Shown here: in pieces, positions 53,591 to 63,333 of the stretch
Layout of the letters: each line of letters opens with the position of its first letter
How positions within the stretch are numbered: position 1 is the first letter of the stretch
Assembly: GCA_016432325.1 (NCBI GenBank)
Contig: CP066684.1
Location: forward strand, 448,001-512,000
Direction of reading: 5' to 3'
DNA: 64,000 nucleotides
Origin: Candidatus Aenigmatarchaeota archaeon
GTDB taxonomy: Archaea > Aenigmatarchaeota > Aenigmatarchaeia > PWEA01 > JACQIF01
Made by a program: the position numbers and the translations under genes
The notes under the pieces: generated by a model
What the model was told of the DNA's origin: nothing
The model's input: the letters and a program-made list of their open reading frames with translations, nothing else
The model's database searches: none

Positions 53591-55068
53591 TTATCGGGCC
53601 TCCTTTGCGGCGCAGGGCCGAACACCTCGTCGAGGGCCTCGTGAACGATCTCTGGATGGTAGCCGTCCCGCGCTATCAGGGCGTGCGCTATCCTGTCGCG
53701 GCCGTGGGGCTTGTGAAGACGCGCATAGTACGTCAGCATTTCCATCAGCGGATCCGAAGGCCGCTTTCTGCCCGGAACCAGAAAAGACCAGCCGAACGCC
53801 ACTGCGGCGATCAACAAAGACAAAAGTCCTCCTACCATCGCAAACTGTGCGGCAGACGCCGAGGCGGCCTGCTTCTGGATGCTGTTCTCGGTAGCGTTAT
53901 GTTGGATGCCAACGTTCGTGTAAGAGCCTCCCGAACCGCTTTGCGGAACCGTCTCCCAGACCATCGGACCTTCGGATAGTTCGCCCGACGGGAGGGCAGA
54001 CAAACCGGGCGGAGGAGAAGATCTTTGTTCGTGCCGCGGTTCTTCTGGCACTGTCTGTTCTTCCGGAGGAGCTGCTTGTTGAGGCGACGAACGCTCGGCC
54101 GTGACGCCGGCCAGCCAGATGGCCAGCGCAGGCTTCGCGCTGCCGTCGGCGCGAACGAGACCAAAGTGCCTCTCGCCCTCACCGTAGTAGTTCGCAATGT
54201 CTGCGTCCGGCGCATCCGTCCAAGAACGGTAGATGAGCGCCTCGACACCCGCGCCCTCGAGGGCCGGAGAGTCGGAGAACAGAGCGTCGAGCACGTTCGC
54301 TTGGTGTCGCGCGTAGGGCGTCTCGGGGTAAGAACTGAGCGCGATGTCGCTGACGAAAACAGGCTTGCCGAATGTGTCGCGCGCCTTCCGTGCGCCATCG
54401 AGAAGGTCGTCTGGAAGACCCGTGTAGGCGTCTGGAGAATCCCTTGTGGAGCCCCGGAGCGCCTGCAATCCTATGGAGTCAGAAGCAGCAGCGGCGCGGT
54501 CCCATGTCTTCCAGTCCTCGCGGCCCCAGTTGCCCAGTCCCATAACGATCTCTGAAGGGTTATAGGAGCTGCGAAAAAATTGCGCTTTCTCCTCCATGTA
54601 AGAGTCCAGCGGCTCGTATGTCGCAACGGACTCCTTGTTGAATTCCGTCTCAAGAACGATGACAACAGGACGCGAACCCATCTGCGCGTTGAGGTGATCC
54701 GCCAATTCGCGCGCAAGCTGGTCCCATCCATCCATGCTTTTATTCACGCCGTGGATCGGCGAATAACAGCCGTTCTCCAGACACTCCGGCGAGATGTCGT
54801 CGCCCCAATAGAAGAACTGTATGACAGGAATTACACCGGCGTCGCGGGCCTTTGCCAGAGCGTCGTCGGTTCCTCCCCAACCGAACTCCTCAATCCAGGG
54901 ACCGACCCACCAGAGGGCGTAGTCCGGCTTCGCGCCGGCCTCAACCTGCTCGTCTATCGACGCGACATCCATGCCGAAATCAAGGCCGTCGGCCGCAGAG
55001 GCCGGCGTCGGGAGCAGCACGGCTATCGCAAAGAGCACCAAGGCCCACCGGCTTGACATCCAGACCAC
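53587..55068 (-). CDS. Secreted, membrane-anchored glycoside-hydrolase-like TIM-barrel protein
   Basis: Signal peptide, Trp-rich domain, ETEFN, FGKPVFVSD, HFGLVRADGSAKPA, Pro/Ser linker, TM. Confidence 0.7.
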   Translation of the reverse strand: MVWMSSRWALVLFAIAVLLPTPASAADGLDFGMDVASIDEQVEAGAKPDYALWWVGPWIEEFGWGGTDDALAKARDAGVIPVIQFFYWGDDISPECLENGCYSPIHGVNKSMDGWDQLARELADHLNAQMGSRPVVIVLETEFNKESVATYEPLDSYMEEKAQFFRSSYNPSEIVMGLGNWGREDWKTWDRAAAASDSIGLQALRGSTRDSPDAYTGLPDDLLDGARKARDTFGKPVFVSDIALSSYPETPYARHQANVLDALFSDSPALEGAGVEALIYRSWTDAPDADIANYYGEGERHFGLVRADGSAKPALAIWLAGVTAERSSPQQAAPPEEQTVPEEPRHEQRSSPPPGLSALPSGELSEGPMVWETVPQSGSGGSYTNVGIQHNATENSIQKQAASASAAQFAMVGGLLSLLIAAVAFGWSFLVPGRKRPSDPLMEMLTYYARLHKPHGRDRIAHALIARDGYHPEIVHEALDEVFGPAPQRRPDN

Positions 55069-55132
55069 CCATCAACAATCCCTGCAACTATTTGCTTTCC
55101 TGAGAAGATAAAACTTTTGTCGGGCCGGAGAA

Positions 55133-55306
55133 TCAGCAATACTCGCAGACCTTTCCTTTGATGACCTTGCCCTTCGCTTTCGTGTGCGCCTTTGCGTACG
55201 CGTTCTTGTCCTTCGTGCAGCAGAATGTCAGGCCGAGAGCTGAGACGCCCTTGCCCTTCACGGGTTTGCCGCAGAAGTCGCATTTCTTTCCGAAAAGTCC
55301 AAACAC
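55133..55306 (-). CDS. Small Cys-rich TRASH-like metal-binding protein (57 aa)
   Basis: Not in the ORF track. GTG start after GAGGAG. MFGLFGKKCDFCGKPVKGKGVSALGLTFCCTKDKNAYAKAHTKAKGKVIKGKVCEYC. Confidence 0.8.
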   Translation of the reverse strand: MFGLFGKKCDFCGKPVKGKGVSALGLTFCCTKDKNAYAKAHTKAKGKVIKGKVCEYC

Positions 55307-55315
55307 GCAATCTCC

Positions 55316-55555
55316 TCACTTTATCTTCAGCGCTTTCTTCAACGCGTTCTCGTCCCATCCGACTATTATCGTGCTGTTGTCTATTTCGACCACAGGAACG
55401 CCCATCTGGCCGCTCTTTTCCACGAGCTCGTTGCGCGCCTTGTCATCCTCGAGGACGTTGACCTCGCTGTACTTCACGTTGTTGGCCTTGAAGAACTCCT
55501 TCGTGCGCTTGCACCACTGGCACGTGGGGGTCGTGTAGATTTTCACGGAGGGCAT
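55316..55555 (-). CDS. Glutaredoxin/NrdH-like redoxin
   Basis: YTTPTCQWC, GQMGVPV, IVGWD. Confidence 0.93.
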   Translation of the reverse strand: MPSVKIYTTPTCQWCKRTKEFFKANNVKYSEVNVLEDDKARNELVEKSGQMGVPVVEIDNSTIIVGWDENALKKALKIK

Positions 55556-55669
55556 GCGAAGAATATGTGAAGACCGTATTTAAACCTTGCACGCGCTCTC
55601 CTGCGAGATCGACTGCAAGAAGAAAAGCTTCAGACTGGTCGAGCCTTCTGTGAAGTAAGCCCGAACTGG

Positions 55670-56383
55670 CTATTTCCTACTCGTCTTCTCGTAGCTGTCC
55701 TCAAGGCTAAGGAAGTCGCGTATGATTCTGTCAAACTCCTTCTTTGTGAAATCTTGTGGGTAGGTAGGCGTGCCGAAAAGCCGGGCCTTCTCAATGCCAG
55801 GCAGATATTGAGGGATGCGGACGAATCCCTTCGCTTGTCCCGTGCGCAGGTACAGGTCCACCTTCGGTATTCGCCAGAACTTCGCCAGGCCTTCAAATGT
55901 TGGTTGTTGTCCTGTTTCGGCGCAACGCGTCAGGGCGCGGGCCAGTTCCTTGTTCCCGTTGTATGGCGCCAGAACGTGTACTTTTTTACCTTCGTGTCCA
56001 TTTACTTTTTTCAGGGCGCTATGCAGTTTCTCCTCGTCGCTGTGTTTTGAGAACAACACATCCAGTTCTCCTACCACGTCTACCTGAATATCTAGCTCTT
56101 GGACTACTCTGCTACCGCACACCTTGCTTGCACCCATCAAAAATGCGTCCATAAGAGGTGCAGTGTCCTTCATCGGTCTGTCAAGGTTGTACTCGGCCAT
56201 GACACCAAGCGAGAGTTCGTCCACCCGACCGCCCTTGCCGAAACACCATCCGATCAGCTCGATTATCACATCGACGCTGGCGGCGTAAACTTCAAAGAGG
56301 GATATTCCACTCTTGGAAGCCCAACGCCTGTGCCCGTCTGGAGCGTATACAAGATGGCCTACTGACGCCAGACGATTTCCCAT
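55670..56383 (-). CDS. Divergent cis-prenyltransferase (UppS fold)
   Basis: HLVYAPDGHRRWA, YNGNKEL, VDLYLRTG. Confidence 0.8.
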   Translation of the reverse strand: MGNRLASVGHLVYAPDGHRRWASKSGISLFEVYAASVDVIIELIGWCFGKGGRVDELSLGVMAEYNLDRPMKDTAPLMDAFLMGASKVCGSRVVQELDIQVDVVGELDVLFSKHSDEEKLHSALKKVNGHEGKKVHVLAPYNGNKELARALTRCAETGQQPTFEGLAKFWRIPKVDLYLRTGQAKGFVRIPQYLPGIEKARLFGTPTYPQDFTKKEFDRIIRDFLSLEDSYEKTSRK

Positions 56384-56419
56384 GACACAACACCCTCTGG
56401 AATACAAAACAAACGGGCC

Positions 56420-57337
56420 TCACGTATAATCCGTATATACCGTCTTGTTGAGCAGGTCCTTGATGCACGAAATGGCGGCATTGCAGCCTTCGCCCACGCT
56501 CTTCCCGACCTGTATGTTGCCGCCTGTGCAGCCGCCTGCGGCGTAGACGCGAGGAACGTTCGTGCGGCCGTCCCTGTCCGTGCGCAGGAACACGCCCTCA
56601 TGGTCTATCCCGAGCTTGTTGGCGAACGCCATGCCCGAAGCGGTGCCGACGGCGACAAACACGCCGTCGAACTTGAGCTTCTCGCCGGTGTCGAGCTGTA
56701 TGTAATCGAGCATGCCGCGCGCGTTGCCTGCGAACGATTTTCCGGAGATGCGCTTCAACGTTACGCGCGCCTTTTTAAGCTCGGCTTCGAGTTCCTTCGT
56801 GAACGAGAACTCGCTCAGGCCCAGAATCGTTATCTCTTTCGTATATGCCGTAAGCTCGAGAGCCTCTTCGGCAGCGTAGTTCCCGGAGCCGATGACCGCG
56901 ACCTTCTTCCCCTTGTAAAAGACGCCGTCGCAGGCCACGCAGTAGTGGATTCCCTTTCCGACGTACGCGTCCTCGTTGGCAAACCCGGACTTCTGGAACT
57001 TCATGCCAGCGGCGATTATCAGGGCGCGGGAGGTGAAGGACTTGTTAGTGGCAGTTTTGACTGTGAACGTCTCGCCATCGCGCAACGCGTGAACGACCTC
57101 CTCTTCCACCATCGAAACCTTGTACTTCTTGGAGTGCGCGATGAAGCGGTCTATAATCTGCGGGCCGGCTATCTTCTCGCTGAATCCCAGATAGTTTCCT
57201 ATCTCGTGCGACTTTTCGAGAGACGAACCGTGAGGGAAGCCGAGTATGAGAACCTTCAGCTGGGCGCGGGCCAAGTAGAGTGATGCTGAAAGACCCGCAG
57301 GCCCTGCGCCGATGATGATGACGTCGTAGTCTGGCAT
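56420..57337 (-). CDS. trxB: Thioredoxin reductase
   Basis: GAGPAG, CVACDG, VIGSGNYA. Confidence 0.92.
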   Translation of the reverse strand: MPDYDVIIIGAGPAGLSASLYLARAQLKVLILGFPHGSSLEKSHEIGNYLGFSEKIAGPQIIDRFIAHSKKYKVSMVEEEVVHALRDGETFTVKTATNKSFTSRALIIAAGMKFQKSGFANEDAYVGKGIHYCVACDGVFYKGKKVAVIGSGNYAAEEALELTAYTKEITILGLSEFSFTKELEAELKKARVTLKRISGKSFAGNARGMLDYIQLDTGEKLKFDGVFVAVGTASGMAFANKLGIDHEGVFLRTDRDGRTNVPRVYAAGGCTGGNIQVGKSVGEGCNAAISCIKDLLNKTVYTDYT

Positions 57338-57382
57338 GCGTCGGTCTTCTCGCGTCCAGAATATAAAGGATGTGCGTGCGCC

Positions 57383-58201
57383 TTAAATCCGTTTCGGAGG
57401 AATCGTCTCGACTTTGGGTGCAGAAAAAACCGACAATTCGGGGTAGGCGTTTCTGATCGCCTTTTCCGCCTCTTCCACGCTCTTCATGAAAAGCGGGTGG
57501 TTGACCGCAGACGTCCCCGAGGCTAGCACGGAGGCTTGGATGTAGTATCTCTCGACGTCTTCTACGCGTCTTGCGCTGGCTATGTCGGTGGCGGCTTTCA
57601 TGGCCTTGCGGCGGTAGTTGCGGACCGTGGCGTCTGGAACAAGCGCGTCTATTTTCGCTCTGTCAAGATTGGTTCCATGGGCGGCGTAGCGTCCCAGCAC
57701 GATGGCCGCGCCTTCGGCTGCAGTTATCCACTCCTCCTGCACCACATACATTCCGTTGGCGTATCTGAGGTAAGAGCGGCCGCGGGTCGTGTGATAGTTT
57801 GGTTTTTCGTCCTCTATGATCTCTTCCAATCGGGCCATGGTCACGCGCCTGCCGCTCTTGAGCTGGATGTCGCTGACTAACGGTCTGGACATGTCCATCG
57901 AACCGAGGGCTTCGTCGTCGAGGTGCGCGTCGAGTCGCCTAGCAACTGCCAGCATTCCCAGTCCGAACAGGTCTGTGTTGAATCCTATTTTGTCGAGCGG
58001 CTTGAACTTTTGCGGCGACGATAGGACGTTGCGAATGCCTTCGTAGTATGCTGTTTGCTCTATCGCTCCCGCTCCTATCTCGCAGCCGGCGAACTCGGCC
58101 GCGTTCAGAAATGTAAGCGTCTCGTAGACGTGGCCTTGCTTGGCCGATTCTATCGCAAGGTTTCTCAGGTGTTCCGCCTTCCTTGCTGGTTCGATATCAA
58201 T
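57383..58201 (-). CDS. Hypothetical protein, probably about 272 aa with a non-canonical ATT start
   Basis: The frame of ORF 57383..57955 stays open for a further 82 codons to ATT at 58201, 9 nt after GAGGTG. Confidence 0.6.
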   Translation of the reverse strand: MDIEPARKAEHLRNLAIESAKQGHVYETLTFLNAAEFAGCEIGAGAIEQTAYYEGIRNVLSSPQKFKPLDKIGFNTDLFGLGMLAVARRLDAHLDDEALGSMDMSRPLVSDIQLKSGRRVTMARLEEIIEDEKPNYHTTRGRSYLRYANGMYVVQEEWITAAEGAAIVLGRYAAHGTNLDRAKIDALVPDATVRNYRRKAMKAATDIASARRVEDVERYYIQASVLASGTSAVNHPLFMKSVEEAEKAIRNAYPELSVFSAPKVETIPPKRI

Positions 58202-58204
58202 CGT

Positions 58205-58942
58205 CTACGCCACCTCGTATCCCTTCTTCTCCAGCTCCTCGGCGAGCTCGAGACCGCCTGTTCGTGCGACGCGGCCGTCGACCATCACGTGCACGCTGTC
58301 CGGCTTGACGTAATCAAGAATACGTTTGTAGTGCGTGATTATAAGAAAACCTGTCCTCGGTCCGCGCATCGCCTCTATTCCAGACGCGACTATGCGCAGG
58401 GCGTCGATGTCGAGTCCGCTGTCTATTTCGTCGAGGACCGCAATCTCAGGCCGCAGGACAGCGAGCTGCAGAATCTCCATGCGCTTCTTCTCGCCGCCGG
58501 AGAAGCCCTCGTTCAGGTAGCGGTTTGCGAACGCATCGTCTATATTGAGCTCGCGCATCTTCTGTTTCAAATCCTTCATGAAGTTCATGACGTTCAGACC
58601 CTTGTCGCGAGCCTTCGCCGCGGTGAACAGGAAGTTTGCGACAGTGACGCCGGGGATTTCGCTCGGATACTGGAAGCCGAGGAACAGGCCGAGGCGCGCG
58701 CGTTCATCCGGTTTTGCGTTTGTAACGTCCGTTCCGTTGAACAGTATACGCCCGCGCGTTATCCTGTACTTCGGATGACCCATCAGAGCAAACGCTAACG
58801 TCGACTTGCCGGAGCCGTTCGGGCCCATCACAGCCTGCACGTCTCCTTTGTTGACGGTCAGCGAGAGCCCTTTGACTATCTCTTTTGCATCGACGCTCAC
58901 GTGCAGGTCCTCTATCACGAGTCCGTTTTTCTTTGCGGCCAT
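58205..58942 (-). CDS. sufC: Fe-S assembly ATPase SufC
   Basis: GPNGSGKST, FQYP, NEGFSGGEKKR, LDEIDSGLD. Confidence 0.96.
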   Translation of the reverse strand: MAAKKNGLVIEDLHVSVDAKEIVKGLSLTVNKGDVQAVMGPNGSGKSTLAFALMGHPKYRITRGRILFNGTDVTNAKPDERARLGLFLGFQYPSEIPGVTVANFLFTAAKARDKGLNVMNFMKDLKQKMRELNIDDAFANRYLNEGFSGGEKKRMEILQLAVLRPEIAVLDEIDSGLDIDALRIVASGIEAMRGPRTGFLIITHYKRILDYVKPDSVHVMVDGRVARTGGLELAEELEKKGYEVA

Positions 58943-59367
58943 CAAGCACCCTCTCCTGGAACGTCTTCGGTGGTGGTTTTGGGTACGCGCGCTCCTTCGT
59001 GCGCGAGTATGCCGTGTTTCATCGTAACGAGCCCGAGCATCGCGCACTTCATGCGTGTCGCGCTTATCGGCACTCCTAGCATGCTCACGACGTCGTCTCT
59101 CTCAATCCTTTTCACGTCGGCGAGCGCCATGCCTTTGATGCGTTCGGTGAGCATCGAAGCCGCGGCTTGGCTTATCGCGCAGCCCGAGCCGCGGAACCTG
59201 ACATCTTTTATGACGTCGCCGTTGAGCTTCGCCATAATCTCTATCTCATCGCCGCAGAGCGGATTCTGGCCAGAGTGCTTTATGTCCGGGCGCGTCAGCG
59301 CTCCCTTGTTGCGCGGATGCCTGTAGTGGTCCAGAACGTTCTCCTGATACATCTGTGAGCTCATCAT
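58942..59367 (-). CDS. sufU: SufU/IscU-type sulfur-transfer protein
   Basis: DHYRHPRN, NPLCGD, GCAISQA, RMKCA. Confidence 0.93.
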   Translation of the reverse strand: MMSSQMYQENVLDHYRHPRNKGALTRPDIKHSGQNPLCGDEIEIMAKLNGDVIKDVRFRGSGCAISQAAASMLTERIKGMALADVKRIERDDVVSMLGVPISATRMKCAMLGLVTMKHGILAHEGARVPKTTTEDVPGEGA

Positions 59368-60578
59368 ACGCCAAACACCTTCTTCGCCTTTCCTATCGCC
59401 ACCACCAGCGCATCCACGTCGTCGCGGGTGTTGTAGATATAAAAAGACACGCGTGCGCACGCGCCTACGCCCAGCGCGTTCAAAAGAGGCTGCGCGCAGT
59501 GATGCCCCGCGCGGACGCAAACGTTGTAGTCGTCCAGAACGCTCGCCAGGTCGTGAGGATGAACGCCTGCCAGATTGAAGGCGACGACTCCGCCGCGTTC
59601 GCGCGGGCGGCCGTAAATCGTAACTCCTTTTATCGTGGAGAGCTTTTTAATGGCGTATTCTGTAAGCATCCTTTCGTGTGTGCGCACGTTCTCCATTCCA
59701 ACGCCTTCCAAATAGCCGATGGCCGCCGCGAGCCCGACAGCGCCCGCGACGTTGGGCGTGCCTGCCTCGAACTTCCATGGAAGGGCATTCCACTCGGCAT
59801 TCTCGTACGTGACGCGCGAAATCATGTCCCCGCCGTACAGGAAGGGCTCCATCTTCTCGAGATGCGCACGTTTGGCATAGAGGACGCCTATGCCGGTGGG
59901 TCCGCACATCTTGTGCCCGGAGAATACAAGGAAGTCCGCGTCTCCGACGCGCGCGGGCATGTGAGGAACGCTCTGCGCCGCGTCCACGAGCACGCGGGCG
60001 CCGACCTTGTGCGCCTCTTTTATGATGCGCGAGATGTCATTGACTGTTCCGAGAACGTTCGAGACGTGCGTGACGGCGACGAGCTTCGTACGGGATGTCA
60101 TGAGCTTGCCCATATCGTCATAAACGAGTTCTCCGTTCTTGTCTATCTCTATAAACTTCAGCTTCGCGCCTGTCTTCTTGCAGACGAACTGCCACGGCAC
60201 GAGGTTCGAGTGGTGTTCCATGCGCGTTACGAGAATCTCGTCTCCTTTTTTCACGTTCGCAAGGGCCCAGGAATACGCGACGAGGTTTATCGCTTCTGTC
60301 GCGTTGCGGACGAAGATTATCTCTTCATGCGATTGTGCGCCTATGAAATCCGCGACCTTGCGGTGAGCGGCCTCGTACGCTTCTGTCGCTTCCTCGCTTA
60401 TCCTGTAGACGCCGCGATGAACGTTGGCGTTGTATTTCTTGTAGTATGTGTTCATGGCTTCGATGACCTTATTCGGCTTCTGCGAAGTGGCTGCGCTGTC
60501 CAGATAGACCATGCGCCCGGAGAGTATTGGAAAGTCTGAACGGATGCGTCTCGCGTCTATTCCTGTCGTTCGCTTCAT
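59364..60578 (-). CDS. sufS: Cysteine desulfurase SufS
   Basis: YLDSAATSQKP, EHHSN, SGHKM, RAGHHCA. Confidence 0.97.
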   Translation of the reverse strand: MKRTTGIDARRIRSDFPILSGRMVYLDSAATSQKPNKVIEAMNTYYKKYNANVHRGVYRISEEATEAYEAAHRKVADFIGAQSHEEIIFVRNATEAINLVAYSWALANVKKGDEILVTRMEHHSNLVPWQFVCKKTGAKLKFIEIDKNGELVYDDMGKLMTSRTKLVAVTHVSNVLGTVNDISRIIKEAHKVGARVLVDAAQSVPHMPARVGDADFLVFSGHKMCGPTGIGVLYAKRAHLEKMEPFLYGGDMISRVTYENAEWNALPWKFEAGTPNVAGAVGLAAAIGYLEGVGMENVRTHERMLTEYAIKKLSTIKGVTIYGRPRERGGVVAFNLAGVHPHDLASVLDDYNVCVRAGHHCAQPLLNALGVGACARVSFYIYNTRDDVDALVVAIGKAKKVFGV

Positions 60579-61780
60579 GAGCCGACCTCCTTCGATATCT
60601 TCTTAACCGCTTTTACGGGCCTCAAACCGAGCTTGTCTGCTATAAGTTCCTTCACGCCTTCGCGAACGCTCTCTTCCATTATGCCGTCGACGATCGGAGC
60701 GAGAAATCCTTCCACGATAAGGGCTTCTGCGTCCTCGCGCGAGACGCCGCGGGACATCATGTAGAAGAGCTTGTTCTCGTCTATCTTTCCTGTGCTGGCG
60801 CCGTGCGAAGCGCGGACGTCGTTGTTCTCTATCTCCAGGCTCGGAATGGAGTTCGAGGTCACGCCGCTGTTCAGGTGAAGCGTGCGGTCGTTGAGATGCG
60901 AGTCCGTGCCTCGCGCTTCGCGCTCTATGCGTATCAGACCGCGCGTGAGAGACGAAGACGAATCCTTGAGCACGCCTCTTGTGTCCACGCGGGCTCCTGT
61001 GTTCTGGGCGGCGTGCGCGCATCGCGTGATTATCGAGAAGTTCTGGCCGCCTGTGCCGAAGTATGCGCCGCGGATTGTCGCTGACGAGCCCGCGCCGGTG
61101 AAGGATGCGTCCGTCTTCAGTCTTGTCGTCTTGCCTCCCAAGAGCGCGAACGTCCAGTTCACCCGCGAGTCGCGGCCGCATTCGATTCTCTTGCATGAAT
61201 GATCGCATGTCGCGTCGGAGAAGCGCTGTATCGTTACGAGATTGACCTCCGCGTTGTCCGCCGCGCGAACGTCCAGCGTTCCGTAGTGCACAGGCGCCGA
61301 ACCCTCGAAGATTTCGCATATTGTTACACGCGAGCCCGGCTCTGCAACGATGACGGAGCGCGAAGACGCGGGGTCAAAGGCCGTGTGCTTCACTATTATG
61401 GGGACTTTGGACTGGAATCCTGCAGGGACGCGCACAAAATAGCCGTTGGTCCATGTCGCGGCGTTGAACATCGCGAACTTGTCTTTTGTTTCCGTCGAGA
61501 AGAACTTCTTCAGGATGCCTGCGTAGGCGTCGAGCGCGGCTGGCATCGGTCTCGCGTCGATCCCTTTCGGACCTCCTATGAATACGCCGAACTCCTGCGG
61601 CTGGACCGGAGCAAATCCCGCGAGGTCCGTATATTTCCACTCCTCGTCTTTCTTCGTGGGAAGAGGGGCCTTTTCAAAAGACTTCCACGAATCGCGTCTC
61701 AACGATGTGGTCCACGAAGGCTCGTGCAGTCGCGCGACGAACGCCTGAAAGTCGATGGGCTGTTCCGAACGAGTGACCAC
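60575..61780 (-). CDS. sufD: Fe-S assembly protein SufD
   Basis: EEWKYTD, PSLEIENNDVRASHG, FYMMSRG. Confidence 0.93.
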   Translation of the reverse strand: MVTRSEQPIDFQAFVARLHEPSWTTSLRRDSWKSFEKAPLPTKKDEEWKYTDLAGFAPVQPQEFGVFIGGPKGIDARPMPAALDAYAGILKKFFSTETKDKFAMFNAATWTNGYFVRVPAGFQSKVPIIVKHTAFDPASSRSVIVAEPGSRVTICEIFEGSAPVHYGTLDVRAADNAEVNLVTIQRFSDATCDHSCKRIECGRDSRVNWTFALLGGKTTRLKTDASFTGAGSSATIRGAYFGTGGQNFSIITRCAHAAQNTGARVDTRGVLKDSSSSLTRGLIRIEREARGTDSHLNDRTLHLNSGVTSNSIPSLEIENNDVRASHGASTGKIDENKLFYMMSRGVSREDAEALIVEGFLAPIVDGIMEESVREGVKELIADKLGLRPVKAVKKISKEVGS

Positions 61781-61785
61781 GAGAA

Positions 61786-63192
61786 CTACCCCACAGCGCC
61801 TTCCATTTCCATCTCGACCAGGCGGTTCAGCTCGATCGCGTACTCCATCGGCAGTTCCTTGGTGAACGCCTCTATGAAACCCTTGACTATCAGGGCCATT
61901 GCCTCGTTCTCCTTCAGGCCGCGCGACATCAGGTAGAAGAGCGCCTCTTCGCTTATGCGGCCCACAGTCGCCTCGTGACCGATGCTCACGTCGTCTTCGT
62001 AAATCTCCATGTATGGAACCGTGTCACTCGCGGATTTCTCGTCGAGTATCAAAGCGTCGCATCTCACGGACGACGTAACGTTCTTGCATCCCTTTCCGAC
62101 GCGCACGAGCCCGCGGTACGTCGTGCGGCCGCCGCCCATGCTGACCGATTTGGATATTATGCGCGATGACGTACGCGGCGCGAGGTGAATTACCTTCGCT
62201 CCCGCGTCCTGATGCTGGCCTTCTCCGGCGAAGGCTATGGACAATATGTCCGCTTTCGCGTTTTCACCGCGCAAGATTACGCTCGGATACTTCATAGTGA
62301 CCTTGGAGCCCATATTCCCGTCAATCCATTCGACCGTGGCGCCTTCGTGCGCGATGGCGCGCTTCGTCACAAGATTGTAGACGTTCGAGGACCAGTTCTG
62401 TATGGTCGTATAACGCACGCGCGCGTTCTTGTGCGCTATGACTTCAACGACAGCCGTGTGCAGCGCATCTTTGGCGTACGTCGGCGCCGTGCAACCTTCG
62501 ATGTAGTGCACGGACGCGCCTTCGTCCACTATTATCAAGGTGCGTTCGAACTGTCCGGCGCGTTCGGCATTGATGCGGAAGTACGCTTGCAGAGGAATCT
62601 TCACATGCACGTTCTTGGGAACATAAACGAACGAACCGCCTGACCACACGGCGCTGTTCAGAGCCGCGAACTTGTTGTCCGCGGTCGGGACGATCGTACC
62701 GAAATACTTCTTCACGAGTTCCGGATGCCGCTTCAAACCTTCATCCATCGAGAGGAATATCACGCCCTGAGCTTCCAAATCGGCGCGCGTCTTGTGGTAG
62801 ACGACCTCGGAGTCGTACTGCGCGCCGACGCCTGCAAGAAACTTCTGCTCCGCTTCAGGGATACCAAGCTTCTTGAACGTATCGCGTATCTTTTCCGGAA
62901 CGTCTTCCCAAGAGCTTTCGCTCTTTGCCGAAGGACGGATGTAGTAGATTATCTCATCGAAGTTTATCCCCGACAGGTCCGCGCCCCACTTGGGCATCGG
63001 CTTCTGCAAGAACGTTTTGAAAGCCTTGAGCCTGAATTCAAGCATCCAGTCCGGCTCGTCTTTCTGTGCGCTGATTGCGCGAACGACGCCTTCGCTGAGG
63101 CCTTTCGGAGTCTCGAAGACCGGCTTCACGTCATCGTGGAAGCCGTATTTGTACTGTTCCTTGCTCTCCAGAAGCTCTTGTGATAGGCGCAT
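61786..63192 (-). CDS. sufB: Fe-S assembly protein SufB
   Basis: [30 protein letters not shown]. Confidence 0.97.
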   Translation of the reverse strand: MRLSQELLESKEQYKYGFHDDVKPVFETPKGLSEGVVRAISAQKDEPDWMLEFRLKAFKTFLQKPMPKWGADLSGINFDEIIYYIRPSAKSESSWEDVPEKIRDTFKKLGIPEAEQKFLAGVGAQYDSEVVYHKTRADLEAQGVIFLSMDEGLKRHPELVKKYFGTIVPTADNKFAALNSAVWSGGSFVYVPKNVHVKIPLQAYFRINAERAGQFERTLIIVDEGASVHYIEGCTAPTYAKDALHTAVVEVIAHKNARVRYTTIQNWSSNVYNLVTKRAIAHEGATVEWIDGNMGSKVTMKYPSVILRGENAKADILSIAFAGEGQHQDAGAKVIHLAPRTSSRIISKSVSMGGGRTTYRGLVRVGKGCKNVTSSVRCDALILDEKSASDTVPYMEIYEDDVSIGHEATVGRISEEALFYLMSRGLKENEAMALIVKGFIEAFTKELPMEYAIELNRLVEMEMEGAVG

Positions 63193-63202
63193 GGTTCAAG
63201 AG

Positions 63203-63217
63203 TATAACAGTGTTATA
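63203..63217. promoter_or_regulatory. Perfect palindrome between the TATA box and the sufB start
   Basis: tataaca-g-tgttata. Confidence 0.45.
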
Positions 63218-63333
63218 TAAACCTATGTTTTTCACGTTTGAAATAAGGTGTACGAGCTTGAAACAAACGCGCGTTCACAGAGGCTGAACAAACGTCTTTT
63301 ATATTTCGGCGCGTTGACATCAGATTCAGTGGA

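Noticed and set aside
58205-58207. Genome-wide TAG recoding
   Set aside because: Many conserved genes (argS, rnhB, fni, Lsm, sufB) end at TAG at the expected position.
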